Source: Andalucia godoyi And28 (Eukaryota > Protista > Jakobida). From it: 64,000 nt of DNA. The notes under the pieces are model-generated. The model saw nothing but the letters and a program-made list of their open reading frames with translations, had not been told where the DNA came from and ran no database searches. Location of the stretch: positions 124,001 to 188,000 of the forward strand of contig VRVR01000007.1 in NCBI GenBank assembly GCA_009859145.1. Reading direction: 5' to 3'. The position numbers were made by a program, and so were the translations under genes. This document shows, piece after piece, positions 22,701 through 32,100 of this stretch. Within the stretch, counting starts at the first letter, position 1. The number at the start of each line of letters is the position of its first letter.

Positions 22701-25700
22701 AGGATTGGAAACAAAATGGACACGATCAGCTTGCCAACGTTAGTGATGGTAACGTAGTACGTAGAGAACTGAATATCCAAGTTAATCTCTGGTGCGGTGT
22801 CTGCCAGACGAAGTTCCAGGAAACTCGCCGTGGGAACGTAGAACGCCAGGCAGACCATCGCCAACACAGCCTGTGATCGGTGTCGGCCGCTATCCCAGCA
22901 CTCGAAGGAGCTGTCACGAGACAAGAACCACCGCCCGTCAGACTGTCGACAGGACAGCATCTCAACCAAATTAACAACAATGATCTCAAACATTGTCGTT
23001 GTCAGGAAGGAGATCCAGAAGAACCATCCGGGATTCTGCGAAATGTCTCCCGGTGCCTTCGATCGCAGCATATCTTCCAACACAATCGGTGCGGAAGACA
23101 GCACAAAGAACAACAGCACAATTGCAAAGATCACCCAAAACATCACGTTCGGAAAACTGACGGTCGGAAAATCAAATAGCGATGCTCTAAACAGCGGGTT
23201 ATGCAAAACACTATCAGCTGTCAACGATGAAGATGATACTGTTGATACGGAGAGGTATGCAAACCAAACAAGCGATACCAGCTGAATGATCTCCACGACA
23301 AGCGCAGCCCACGCCATAGCATTCGGAACATTGAATCGGGCTCGGGAAGGCGAAAAACTATTGGAATAATACGAAGCGGGCATCATTAAGAGATTGCAAA
23401 TCACGGGTAACAGCAAAAGTGCAAAGAATACGCTCAAAGACGAGAATATCGTCGACGAAGCATAGTCTGAGGGAATCACCGCGTATATCAGGACTACTGG
23501 AAAGCAATACAGCAGAGCCGTGACAACGGTAGACACGACAAATCTCTCTCGTCCAGATAATGACGACGACTCTTTGAGGCCCTCGAACACAGCCTGAGCT
23601 GGAGCGAAAATACCCCAGACGACAGTTGCAATCAACAACTTGAACGTTGACCATGCAAAAATGAAATTCAGGAGCCGCAATAGATCGCCTCCAATTTTGC
23701 GCACGTACTTGTGGCACACCATTCTGGAATCCTTGACAGAATGCTGGAGAAGCAGCGTATCCGACATGGATACAAACCAGTCGATGGCGAGATACAGAGT
23801 TCCAAGAATAAGCAGCGATTCAAGAATCATCAAGACATCGAGACCGATCTCCTTTCCTTGACGAAAGACCATATTTCGTTTCCCTCCGGGCTCGCGAAAC
23901 AGCTGTTTCAAAAGGAGCGGAAACCGATACAGCGAGCCAAGAATAAAAAGGAACGTGAAGAAGCAAAGAAAATCCAAAACAATGTCCACAATGCACGTGA
24001 AGATCAGGAGTCTATTCTGCATCGCAGACCGATCCAATAAACCCAACGGCATTCCGGATTTCAAGCGGCTATTCTGCTTAGCTACCAAGGGAATGAGACA
24101 ATCCACGACCGATGAAAACGCCTCGAGGCCTCCGACGGTCTTCGAGTCTGCTGGACATTTGTTCACAGCAAGCAAGGATGACAGACGATTTTCCGATGAC
24201 CGTGACGAAACCAATCTACGATGTTCTTCAACAAACGAAAACGTCCATTCAACTTGAACGTGGACATACTTCTTCCAGTCATCCATCAGCGCTTTCACAG
24301 GTAGGAACGAAGCCTTGTCAGATGAACACGATGCAGCCAAGTTAGAAATGGACGACATTATCTTTAAGGCTGAGAAAAAGTCAGAAACAAATCGCGGAAA
24401 CGTTTCCTTGATTGCCGACGATGAAGGCTTCTCAGCGCTGGGACCCAGAACTGATCTCAATTCCACAGCAACTTCTCTGCTTCCAAAAAGCTCATTTTTT
24501 GAAGTCCAATCAACGAAATCTTCCAGAGATGCGAAAAACCCGTTGAGCAAAAAGACAATTTCTCGATGACGACGAAGGTTGCGAATCAGCTCCGTCCGTG
24601 CGAAGTGCTTTTCGGACGATAAAAGACGGCGCAAAAGCCAGAAAAATCTCCATGGCATAATGATTGCACATGCAAGAGCCAGGAATGTAAGCAAATCCAG
24701 CAGCAGCATGAGCAGCTGAGTGCCCACGATCTTTGGAGCAACCCAACACAGGTATTTTCTATCGACTGCCTTTCCTCCAAGAGAACTCCGCAGTGGGGGC
24801 GTCCATGAAAGTGGAACTGGGCCTCGCGCCGCAGCCAGGATAGAAGAGCACGATGTACTTAAATCGAAGAGCGTGCCCTTCCCATGATCAAACTCGACGT
24901 GAACAGTGAACTTATCTCCACCTGCCAACTGAATCTGCTTCATTTTCCTTACAATCACTGCTTTTTTCATCCGTTCGCTTTTGGTTTCTATCATCAGCTC
25001 GCTTTCAAACGTTGTAGCATCCGCATTAACGTCTTTCGCATTCCAGTACTTTGGGGCAAGCGAGATTGGAAGCATAGATTTCAACACCAGCGACACCGCT
25101 GAACCCAGTGCGCTGGATATCGCGTGAAAAAAGGATTCGCCAACAATATGTGCTTCAGCACTCTGGAACGACATGCCTGCTGGCTTGGTCCCGGAGATCC
25201 TCAAGATCATTCCATAATCAGGCAACTCCAAAGAAGCGGTAGTTATCGTCCACTTGTTCTCTGGGTCCACAGGAGGCTTCATTTCATTGCGGATCGCAAA
25301 AATGCATGCAATGAAACGGTACGGAAGGATGAGCAAGAGCAAGAACAGAATCAAAACACAGATGTCCAAGAGCAAACAACCAAGCAAGAAGATGCAAAGG
25401 TACCGTTGTTCCCAGTCGTGACCCACGACTTCTGCCATGGCATTGATGGAAGATTTCCATCTCCACGGATTGACTGCGAACGCCACAAACCCAATTGTAA
25501 AAAACGGGATATCGATCAGAACATTGATCGCTTGAAACAGGATTCCGCAACAATACTTGACAGTGGTAGGATTGTCCGTTCGACGGAACGCGACGTTGAA
25601 GCGATAACCTGTCAGGACAATAATCAGCGAAGCCGGGAGCATCAGCAAATCCAGCAGCAAAAGCAAAAAGTTTACCACTGCAACCTCACGCCAATCAATC

Positions 25701-26152
25701 CGTCCCTTGCTCAAGTCTCTGTAAAAAGGGTACGTCCGAATGACCGAAAATGTGCACACAACAGCGCACGCAAAGGAAGGGATATCCATCAGCAAGTTTC
25801 CAGCGTACTCGAGGATGACTAAGCGGTACTTTGGATTGTAGTGCAGGCCTCCTGCTGCCGAGGTCGCAGAGAACACCTTGGGGATGAACTGATGCCATCT
25901 CCAGAAGCCAGCAAGTGCAATCGCCAGCGGAACCAAGCAAAAGACATCAGAAATTGACAGTAAGAGCTGACAGCAACAAATCCCACGAAAGGACACTCGA
26001 TCCCGTATGGTTGTTAACGATGCAAGAATGGACGGAATCCTCCACGGCGCGACGAAGGAGGCCACCAAAAAGCAAATGCAGACAATATCAATAATCAAAT
26101 TGATGATGAACAGAATGAGCTGAAACACAAACACCACAAATTCATTGATCAT
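19724..26152 (-). CDS. Giant polytopic membrane protein (about 2140 aa) with N-terminal hydrophobic repeats, a central multi-TM block and a soluble C-terminal half
   Basis: 6.4-kb stop-free ORF; first ATG at 26152; many hydrophobic segments. Confidence 0.9.
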   Translation of the reverse strand: MINEFVVFVFQLILFIINLIIDIVCICFLVASFVAPWRIPSILASLTTIRDRVSFRGICCCQLLLSISDVFCLVPLAIALAGFWRWHQFIPKVFSATSAAGGLHYNPKYRLVILEYAGNLLMDIPSFACAVVCTFSVIRTYPFYRDLSKGRIDWREVAVVNFLLLLLDLLMLPASLIIVLTGYRFNVAFRRTDNPTTVKYCCGILFQAINVLIDIPFFTIGFVAFAVNPWRWKSSINAMAEVVGHDWEQRYLCIFLLGCLLLDICVLILFLLLLILPYRFIACIFAIRNEMKPPVDPENKWTITTASLELPDYGMILRISGTKPAGMSFQSAEAHIVGESFFHAISSALGSAVSLVLKSMLPISLAPKYWNAKDVNADATTFESELMIETKSERMKKAVIVRKMKQIQLAGGDKFTVHVEFDHGKGTLFDLSTSCSSILAAARGPVPLSWTPPLRSSLGGKAVDRKYLCWVAPKIVGTQLLMLLLDLLTFLALACAIIMPWRFFWLLRRLLSSEKHFARTELIRNLRRHREIVFLLNGFFASLEDFVDWTSKNELFGSREVAVELRSVLGPSAEKPSSSAIKETFPRFVSDFFSALKIMSSISNLAASCSSDKASFLPVKALMDDWKKYVHVQVEWTFSFVEEHRRLVSSRSSENRLSSLLAVNKCPADSKTVGGLEAFSSVVDCLIPLVAKQNSRLKSGMPLGLLDRSAMQNRLLIFTCIVDIVLDFLCFFTFLFILGSLYRFPLLLKQLFREPGGKRNMVFRQGKEIGLDVLMILESLLILGTLYLAIDWFVSMSDTLLLQHSVKDSRMVCHKYVRKIGGDLLRLLNFIFAWSTFKLLIATVVWGIFAPAQAVFEGLKESSSLSGRERFVVSTVVTALLYCFPVVLIYAVIPSDYASSTIFSSLSVFFALLLLPVICNLLMMPASYYSNSFSPSRARFNVPNAMAWAALVVEIIQLVSLVWFAYLSVSTVSSSSLTADSVLHNPLFRASLFDFPTVSFPNVMFWVIFAIVLLFFVLSSAPIVLEDMLRSKAPGDISQNPGWFFWISFLTTTMFEIIVVNLVEMLSCRQSDGRWFLSRDSSFECWDSGRHRSQAVLAMVCLAFYVPTASFLELRLADTAPEINLDIQFSTYYVTITNVGKLIVSILFPILSFEAPLAFLCVYFVVFVFLALFTLVPSSSYDVATIPAAGLFRGLGYGSCAISSLLAIISVERDPGGSWMWIALFCVWVCAIFVFGAIVMHRTRVERQAIKTRGELTCQDVGALFADFADKSPPSAFIHVCDAAARRRFCKSCKSWFLNVLELQFLLLHLQSVLQSTAFSSMSTFGKRSTWKEQVISITESYGEDAALRKLRTLFFVLAEDVRSFCMAYSGSQLESRRERLRRVAHQRFAQNALKKVVFSEFKQHKPIDFAAVLAKLNGGTSPLVLPMEVLPAMYVQKGYLLKNIPFTTHQSISSVNVDLPPSPWLSTCPFVGIWSSSRKDVTVAIAADASLWIRKHSNIWSPVFPSFSGEPFVIEKAQIFCDFSSVQIFCLVHFQKMDEHVFCQASFDISHEFIPLAEWKWKNLRVFPMEDPIHDFSVFSEAVESCIRVASAVTEDSVEYSAYDVRSLFFQDPPLKSLSDLLFRPSEVATVLSQGENASSDSSATEEETEMVTDAAVPAAKYDFCFLFVTNSCNVFRSSYADLSRREDWESLRTTQCSSISKVVLDGAHICLISEQESCFFVSLDNGANFDKYYLSACDSLSQSRMSVDAACFGGENNSHVYLALNFVNAESCVIRAIPVSGVVFIRSTVSAPGTRAASAIESCYKSLSEIQQMRANEVLSIRKEVHAKFNNRLQSHRRTEFSRDDSVDSVETRNRRSSFLGVSLLADDYRVAPVESQRIVAIHGVHTICRDVSNGDIVFASDSSFLFRVPSITTPKSYVAKGSPVLLDNFPVYSNLSSLEGGAASFSVTVPTIPETNHGSLVALRFAIDYLETIYVSCSIVHHGVVGSSAEVILVSSPGEEVVCGHSHPPGPARSHSATMSSGSVEHESASTTPLVSLMRHENGASSSSSASALSVVSVSGNDDDDDGEISCVDRFATRRIVQLNLTNYIADGPTRVVLRVCASPSLSSSDGLDRTASSRNACRFRVVAVNLVEYAAAVS

Positions 26153-26805
26153 CCTTTCCTTTCCATTATTCTGCCTGGAGAAAAACAATTCCCACAAACC
26201 ACGGTACGATAATAGTAAATCTAAAGCAAGAGAGGAAAAAGCACCGTATTATGCGCACATGAGATGTGTATATATGTAAGGTTTTCAAAACGCACACTGA
26301 CGAAACATGTTGAGCAGGTTTCAATGTGCTCGCAGTTCGGACTGCGACAGTCGGGAATGTCGGAGCTCAAACGCCGGATGAGTAGAAATCGGAAAACCAC
26401 GCATCACTGTTTTAAATTAATTAATTTTTATTGATTTTTTTTAATTTTATTTTTTAACATTTAAAAGAAAAAATAATTAATTAATTGGGTACACCAACGC
26501 AAGGCAATCTACCACAAATTCTAAATCGAAAAAACTGGAAAACAAACTTAAACGCCTTGTGTTCGATACGTGAGAAAGAAGCGTAAATAACAGGGGTCCG
26601 AGAGGAGGGAACACAAAATAGATCTAAGAACTCACGAACTGAAAAACCAATGCGCGGGCATACACGCACATACACACACGCCCAATGAACCACGAAGATG
26701 AGCGACAGAGAGAGAAACAGAGAGAAACACACTTATGGAAAGAGAGAAGAAGAAGTAGAGGGAGTGGTGAGTAGGTGAATCGACAGCAAGATGTTCGTTG
26801 CCTCG

Positions 26806-28197
26806 CTAAGCGAGTGGAGCGCAGGAAGCAATGCAGAGACACGGGAGCCGGGCCTGCGATCGATACAACCGCAGAGTGACCTTGCACTTGCGGAAGGAGC
26901 GCTCTTTGCTCAGTAGACTGGCTTCCCCAACATCAATTTCTTGTGGGACCATCCACTGCGGGTCCGACGGAAGAATAGGAGGCATCTTGGAAGTAAACGT
27001 TTCTGCAACCATTAGGAAATCTTCCTTTTCCAACAACTCCATGACCTGCACGCCAAGTTCACGTATCTCCTCGAACGTCCAGCCGAAAACAGTCGAAAAG
27101 GCGCAATTCACAGAAAGAACTTCTTGTGGGCACGGAAGCTCGCTATCAAGATGCATGATGTTATACAGCGACGTGTATCGAAACGCAATGCAAGGAACAT
27201 CCGTCGAGCGGAAATCCGGATCCATGTGAAGCGCGAACTTTCCAATCAGACTGTTGAAGTTCCAATCGTCTACTGGCTTCCACTCACGTCTACTGAGCGA
27301 CACCATCTTTTCCGCAAATGCGTCTCCATAGAATGTGCGTGGGCCGAACTGGCTGAGCATGATCGAGTACGCACGCATCCGCAAACAGGAAACAACTGCA
27401 TCGCGCTTTTCCTGCGCAAAATCTGGCAGGACTCCTCGATCATCCGCCAACGGCAGGCCTTCTTTTTCGGAGGTTTCCACGAACTCCGGTTCTTTCGCAT
27501 GGTGGCCGCAGTCATTCAAAGGGGAATCAATGACAAACGGAAGTTCCACATCCGAAAGCGAAGAAATCTGTATGTCCACGTCTGTCATCAAGTCCTGTTT
27601 CAAGGATGTACTTGGTGCATCGTCATCGTCAGCACCATTCATCTTGGCCGTTCCATCGACTGTGGATTCCTCGATTTTCCAAGCCCTTACTGCAATCTCA
27701 TCAGCTGGCATCGATTTTGGAACCAAGTTCCACAAGTTAAGCGATGGATGTGCTGCAGAAGCATTCGCGTTCGCCACTATGAATGTGTTTTCCATGCGAT
27801 TGGCAGCGGTGGTTGCCAAAGCATTCAATGAAGAAGGATCCGGATCGTTGAATATATGTGGAATAAGAGCGTCCGAGTGCAGCGCCGAAACCGACAAGTC
27901 ATACACTTCTCCTTTTAACGCAGAAGAAGTAACAGAAGACGAAGACGACGAAGAGGATACAGCAGAAAATGATGACGAGGAACAGGAATGAATGCGGTCC
28001 AGATGATGGGGTTCTGCGGGTAAACAGCAGGAATGCGCGCGACCAGCAGAGACGCATCGAGAGCACGGAACCTCGCCATCGCATCGAGAATGCAGTTTTC
28101 GACATGTTGAACATGCTTTTCGCTTTCGGAAGGGCACATTCTGTTCTCCAAACGAATACGTCGGCTCAAAGATGATTGTGGGACGCGACTTCGGCAT
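26806..28197 (-). CDS. Zn(II)2Cys6 binuclear-cluster transcription factor with a C-terminal PAS-like region
   Basis: RKACSTCRKLHSRCDGEVPCSRCVSAGRAHSC fits CX2CX6CX5CX2CX8C; VNCAFSTVFGWTFEEI resembles a PAS core. Confidence 0.9.
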   Translation of the reverse strand: MPKSRPTIIFEPTYSFGEQNVPFRKRKACSTCRKLHSRCDGEVPCSRCVSAGRAHSCCLPAEPHHLDRIHSCSSSSFSAVSSSSSSSSVTSSALKGEVYDLSVSALHSDALIPHIFNDPDPSSLNALATTAANRMENTFIVANANASAAHPSLNLWNLVPKSMPADEIAVRAWKIEESTVDGTAKMNGADDDDAPSTSLKQDLMTDVDIQISSLSDVELPFVIDSPLNDCGHHAKEPEFVETSEKEGLPLADDRGVLPDFAQEKRDAVVSCLRMRAYSIMLSQFGPRTFYGDAFAEKMVSLSRREWKPVDDWNFNSLIGKFALHMDPDFRSTDVPCIAFRYTSLYNIMHLDSELPCPQEVLSVNCAFSTVFGWTFEEIRELGVQVMELLEKEDFLMVAETFTSKMPPILPSDPQWMVPQEIDVGEASLLSKERSFRKCKVTLRLYRSQARLPCLCIASCAPLA

Positions 28198-28434
28198 TGC
28201 TGTCGTTTAGAGAAAACAGGTCGACGGAAACACCGCACGAAAACCAGCAAATGGGGGAAACGACGAATCGACACAAGTGATCTTTACCTGTAGACTACGT
28301 GCTGCAGTGTGCACAGGAAAGATCATTATAATACAAAACTCGAGAGACAGATGGAAAAGTGGGAGCAGTAGGAGCAGTAGGAAAAAATAATGAAATGCCA
28401 CGGCTCAATCAAGAAGAAATAGGAGGAGAAATAG

Positions 28435-28481
28435 GAGAAGAAGAAGAAGAAGAAGAAGAAGAAGAAGAAGAAGAAGAAGAA
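28435..28481 (+). repeat. (GAA)n microsatellite
   Basis: Long perfect GAA run upstream of the Zn2Cys6 gene. Confidence 0.95.
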
Positions 28482-29173
28482 ACACGATTGAGGTTTTTTA
28501 ATTCTTTTTATCTTTTTCATCTTCCCTGTCTCTGTACCCCGCCAGAGGTGTTTTATTTTTCTTCCGGTCTTTTTCGACCGGCAAGCGACGAGCAGCTCAA
28601 TCGTTCGTGGAACACGCAACGCAGGTTGGGGGGGAAGGGGAAGCAGTACTTGACAAGCTGGCCCGAAAGTGAAAGCTTTTTGAGGTTCTGGGTCTGCTAA
28701 TTTGCTAGGCATTGCGAGCAGACCAGGCGATTGATCCAGAGAGAAGCCACCCGTGCTCATCACTTCGAGTCGAACACTTCCAAGCAGCCAACACTGGGCT
28801 GGTAAGCTCAGTACGGAACCGCCCAGCTGGCAAAAGATGCAAACGAGTTAAATTTAAAAACGCAAGTTGACGAGCGTTGACATCTGCAAACGTCCAGGAA
28901 GACGGTACCAACGAACTCGTGCTAGGGCAACGTTCTGGGAAGGCTCAATGCAGTGTTTCGCTCGTCCAGTGGGACACCGCGAGCGAGGGGGGTGGGTCCA
29001 AATCACTGCTGGCAAGCAAATGAGCCCAACAACGATCAAATCGAAAGGCGTGTTGAGGGCTTACTCTCCCCTTCTCGGGACTGTCATACGACCCTCGAGA
29101 ACGCAACATTGATTATGCATCATCAGCAATGATTATGTATGATTAGTGTACAATGTAAGCGAGGTGCTTTCTG

Positions 29174-32100
29174 CTATCCCATCGAAGCAAGCGGATTTGA
29201 TGTTTCCTCAGATTCTTCCTCCTCGTCCCAAAAGTCAGCTTCGGGGGCCAGACGGGGGGCGGCTGGATCGTCATTTGTGCTCGACGCGAATGATGCTCGT
29301 CCGAGATCGTGCGAAAGAGACTGGTCTTTCAGATGGGACTGCACTTGAGAGCCACTGCTAACTTGAGATGCCCTGCTGCTCGTGCTCGTCAACCGTTGCT
29401 GTGAACATTCAAGAGCAGACTGTTGTGGCTGTTGTTGTTGCTGCTGCTGCTGATTGTGATGCGAACTGGATTCCGACTTGGCTCCTGAATGGGCAGCCTG
29501 TCCTTTTTTGCCACTCGGCGCGGCGTCGACAACAGATTTCTCAAATCGCTCCCACGATGCGCTCTTTTCTTGCAAGAAAAAGTCAGACATCAGCTTAAAC
29601 AGCAGTTCCAGTTCTACAAAGCTCTTCTTCAAGAGATAACGGCCAGTTTGAGCGCTGGAGACTTCAATCGATTCTTGCAGTTTCATTTTCTCCGACACCA
29701 GAGTTTCCTTCTCTTGCTGCATCATTTTCTGTTGAGACTGGCCAGTCTCCAATGCAATCTGTAACTGCTGAGATCTCTCCTTTGACTCCTGAGTTCGGAA
29801 ACGAAGCGCGCGGCCAACAGTGTGGAGCTCGAAGTTCAAAGACCTGCTCCATTCTGACAATTCCAGCAATGCAACAGCTCGTAAACGCGACACGAACTCC
29901 ATTTCGGAAATGCGGACATGGTCATACAACACCTTTGGCACCAGCGCCGCAAACACCTGCTCATATTCTATAATCCTGGAAACCGCAGTCGCGAGCTCTC
30001 TCGTCAGGACCTGAACCACAGAACTCACACCAAACACTGCGCGAGAAACCCGTTCTTCTCCCTCAAGCCCGGAAAACGAATCCGAAGCTGCAAACGCGGT
30101 TGCAGCTTGTGCAGCCGTGTCTGCTGTCTGAAAAGCAGCATCCAGCGAAACGAAGGGATTGCTTCTGGAAAGTTGCAGCATGGCATGGCTGCCCTTCTCG
30201 GACACATCCGATTCAACAATATGGTAATCAAACAACTTCGAATGCGCGTGATTCGATCCAAGGACATCGATTCGCAAATCCACATTCCGTAAGATTTCAT
30301 CCACAACATAACAGCCCACCGATTCATCTGCAGCAGAGACCCTTCCTGTGTTGCGCAGCGGCCACGGACAGGACAAATCAGCATCTTGGAAGGACCATCC
30401 AGACAACTCCGACAAACCGCTGCTGAGTCGTTTATGACCACCACCGAAGGACGAAGTTCGTCGAATATTTCCTGATTGTTCTCGGAAAGGCTCACGTTCC
30501 AACGCAGACAGGGTATTCTTCTCCAAACTGCAAAGAAGCGACCAAGAGGAATCACGCACAGACAATGCGCGCATCGGATACAGAGATGCAATGCGCTGTC
30601 TCCACTGAACACTTGTGCACGTTTTCGGGTCATTCAGGTCACCCAGCACATTGCACAGCTCTGTAACCGGCAATGCACACACATCGTCACCCATTCGGCC
30701 TACAAACTCCACAAGAGACTCTGAAGCTGCCTTTTGCTTTTCCAGTTCCAATCCGAGATCTCGATTATGACTCTTTAGTTGCACGATTTCCTGGTTCAAC
30801 TTGTCGATGGTGTGTTGCAGTTCCGACTGTGCAGCGCGAGAAGCAGACAGGCTGTCAACAAGAGAATGCATTTGTTGCACAATGCTATTCGACCCAAAAG
30901 CAACTCCTCCTCCTCCTCCTCCTCCTTCTCCTCCTCCCTCAACGTCGGGCTTGTCTTCGTCTTTTTCGTCTGCTTTACTCGGTGAGCTGGGACCATCCGG
31001 GGCTACGCGGGGTTTGTTTGGAGACACTGGAGTCATTATCATGATCTGCCTGACCGAATGCAGCTCCACTTCGAGCTTTTTGCGCTCGCTCCGAGACCTT
31101 TCGAGGTCTTGCTCTAGTAGATTGATCTTATCGCATCGAGTTTGCGAGACGGCCTCTGAATCGCGAATCTCACTCTTCAGCTGCAATAGTTGTTTGTGAA
31201 GTTCTCGTTTCTCTTCTTTTGTCTTTTCGAGAGAGCCTTTCGTTACTGATAAATCACCGTTCATGTTCTGCACCTGTGATTCCAAGGATTTCTTGGCCGC
31301 TTCAGTTTTCTCGATTTCCAAACGAGCATCTGCAAACCTGGCTTCCAAAGACGATACCTGGGCCGAAGCAGTCAACAGAGACTTTTCATTGAACTCGATT
31401 TCCTTCAAATACGCATCATTCTCCTTCCTTGCCTCCTCAATGTCCGCACGAAGCACACGAATGGCGGAATTCTTGTCGTGCAAGTCCATCGTTAACGAGT
31501 GCTTCTCCGCATCAAGAGACGTGACACTCTGCTCCAACTTCTGGATTTGAGATTGGAACGCAGTGGTCGTCTCCTCAAGTTCAACGGCCGATTCTCGTTG
31601 CCGATCTTCCAACGTCTTGAGATCCTTGAGCAGTCCATCGATTCGACGCTTGCAAATCTGAACTTCATCCTTGAGGGAGCTGTTTTGTGAAACGAGATCG
31701 GCAATTCTTGATGTTCGCTCTTGCTCATCCTGCACCGCTTGCTCTTCCGCCAACTGCAGTTTTTCAGCGTACGCACGCATCTCTCTTTCATGCTCCGCAA
31801 GAATAGCCTCAATTTCGGCCTCGTTCATCGAAGCCAGAGTCTCCTCCTGCTGCGCTCCTTCCAACTTCATCCGTTGCAGCTCGTCATTCAGCAAATCCAC
31901 CTGTGCCTGCAGCTTAATCGACAATGCACGGTAATCGACGTCTTGGTTCTTGCGCACGGACGTAACCACCTTCATTGCACGCTGTCCAAACAAGATTGTC
32001 GACATTGACTCTTGCATCTGAGCCTTGTCTGGACGGAGAGTCACAACAACGGACGTCTTCCCGTTGCCGCCCAGCGAATCCTGCAACAACCGCGTTAATT

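Noticed and set aside
28935-29065. GGGAAGGCTC as RNase P CR-I, or an H/ACA snoRNA ending in ACA at about 29106
   Set aside because: Spacing to the P4 partner is too short, the pocket-to-ACA distance is non-canonical and there is no properly placed H box.
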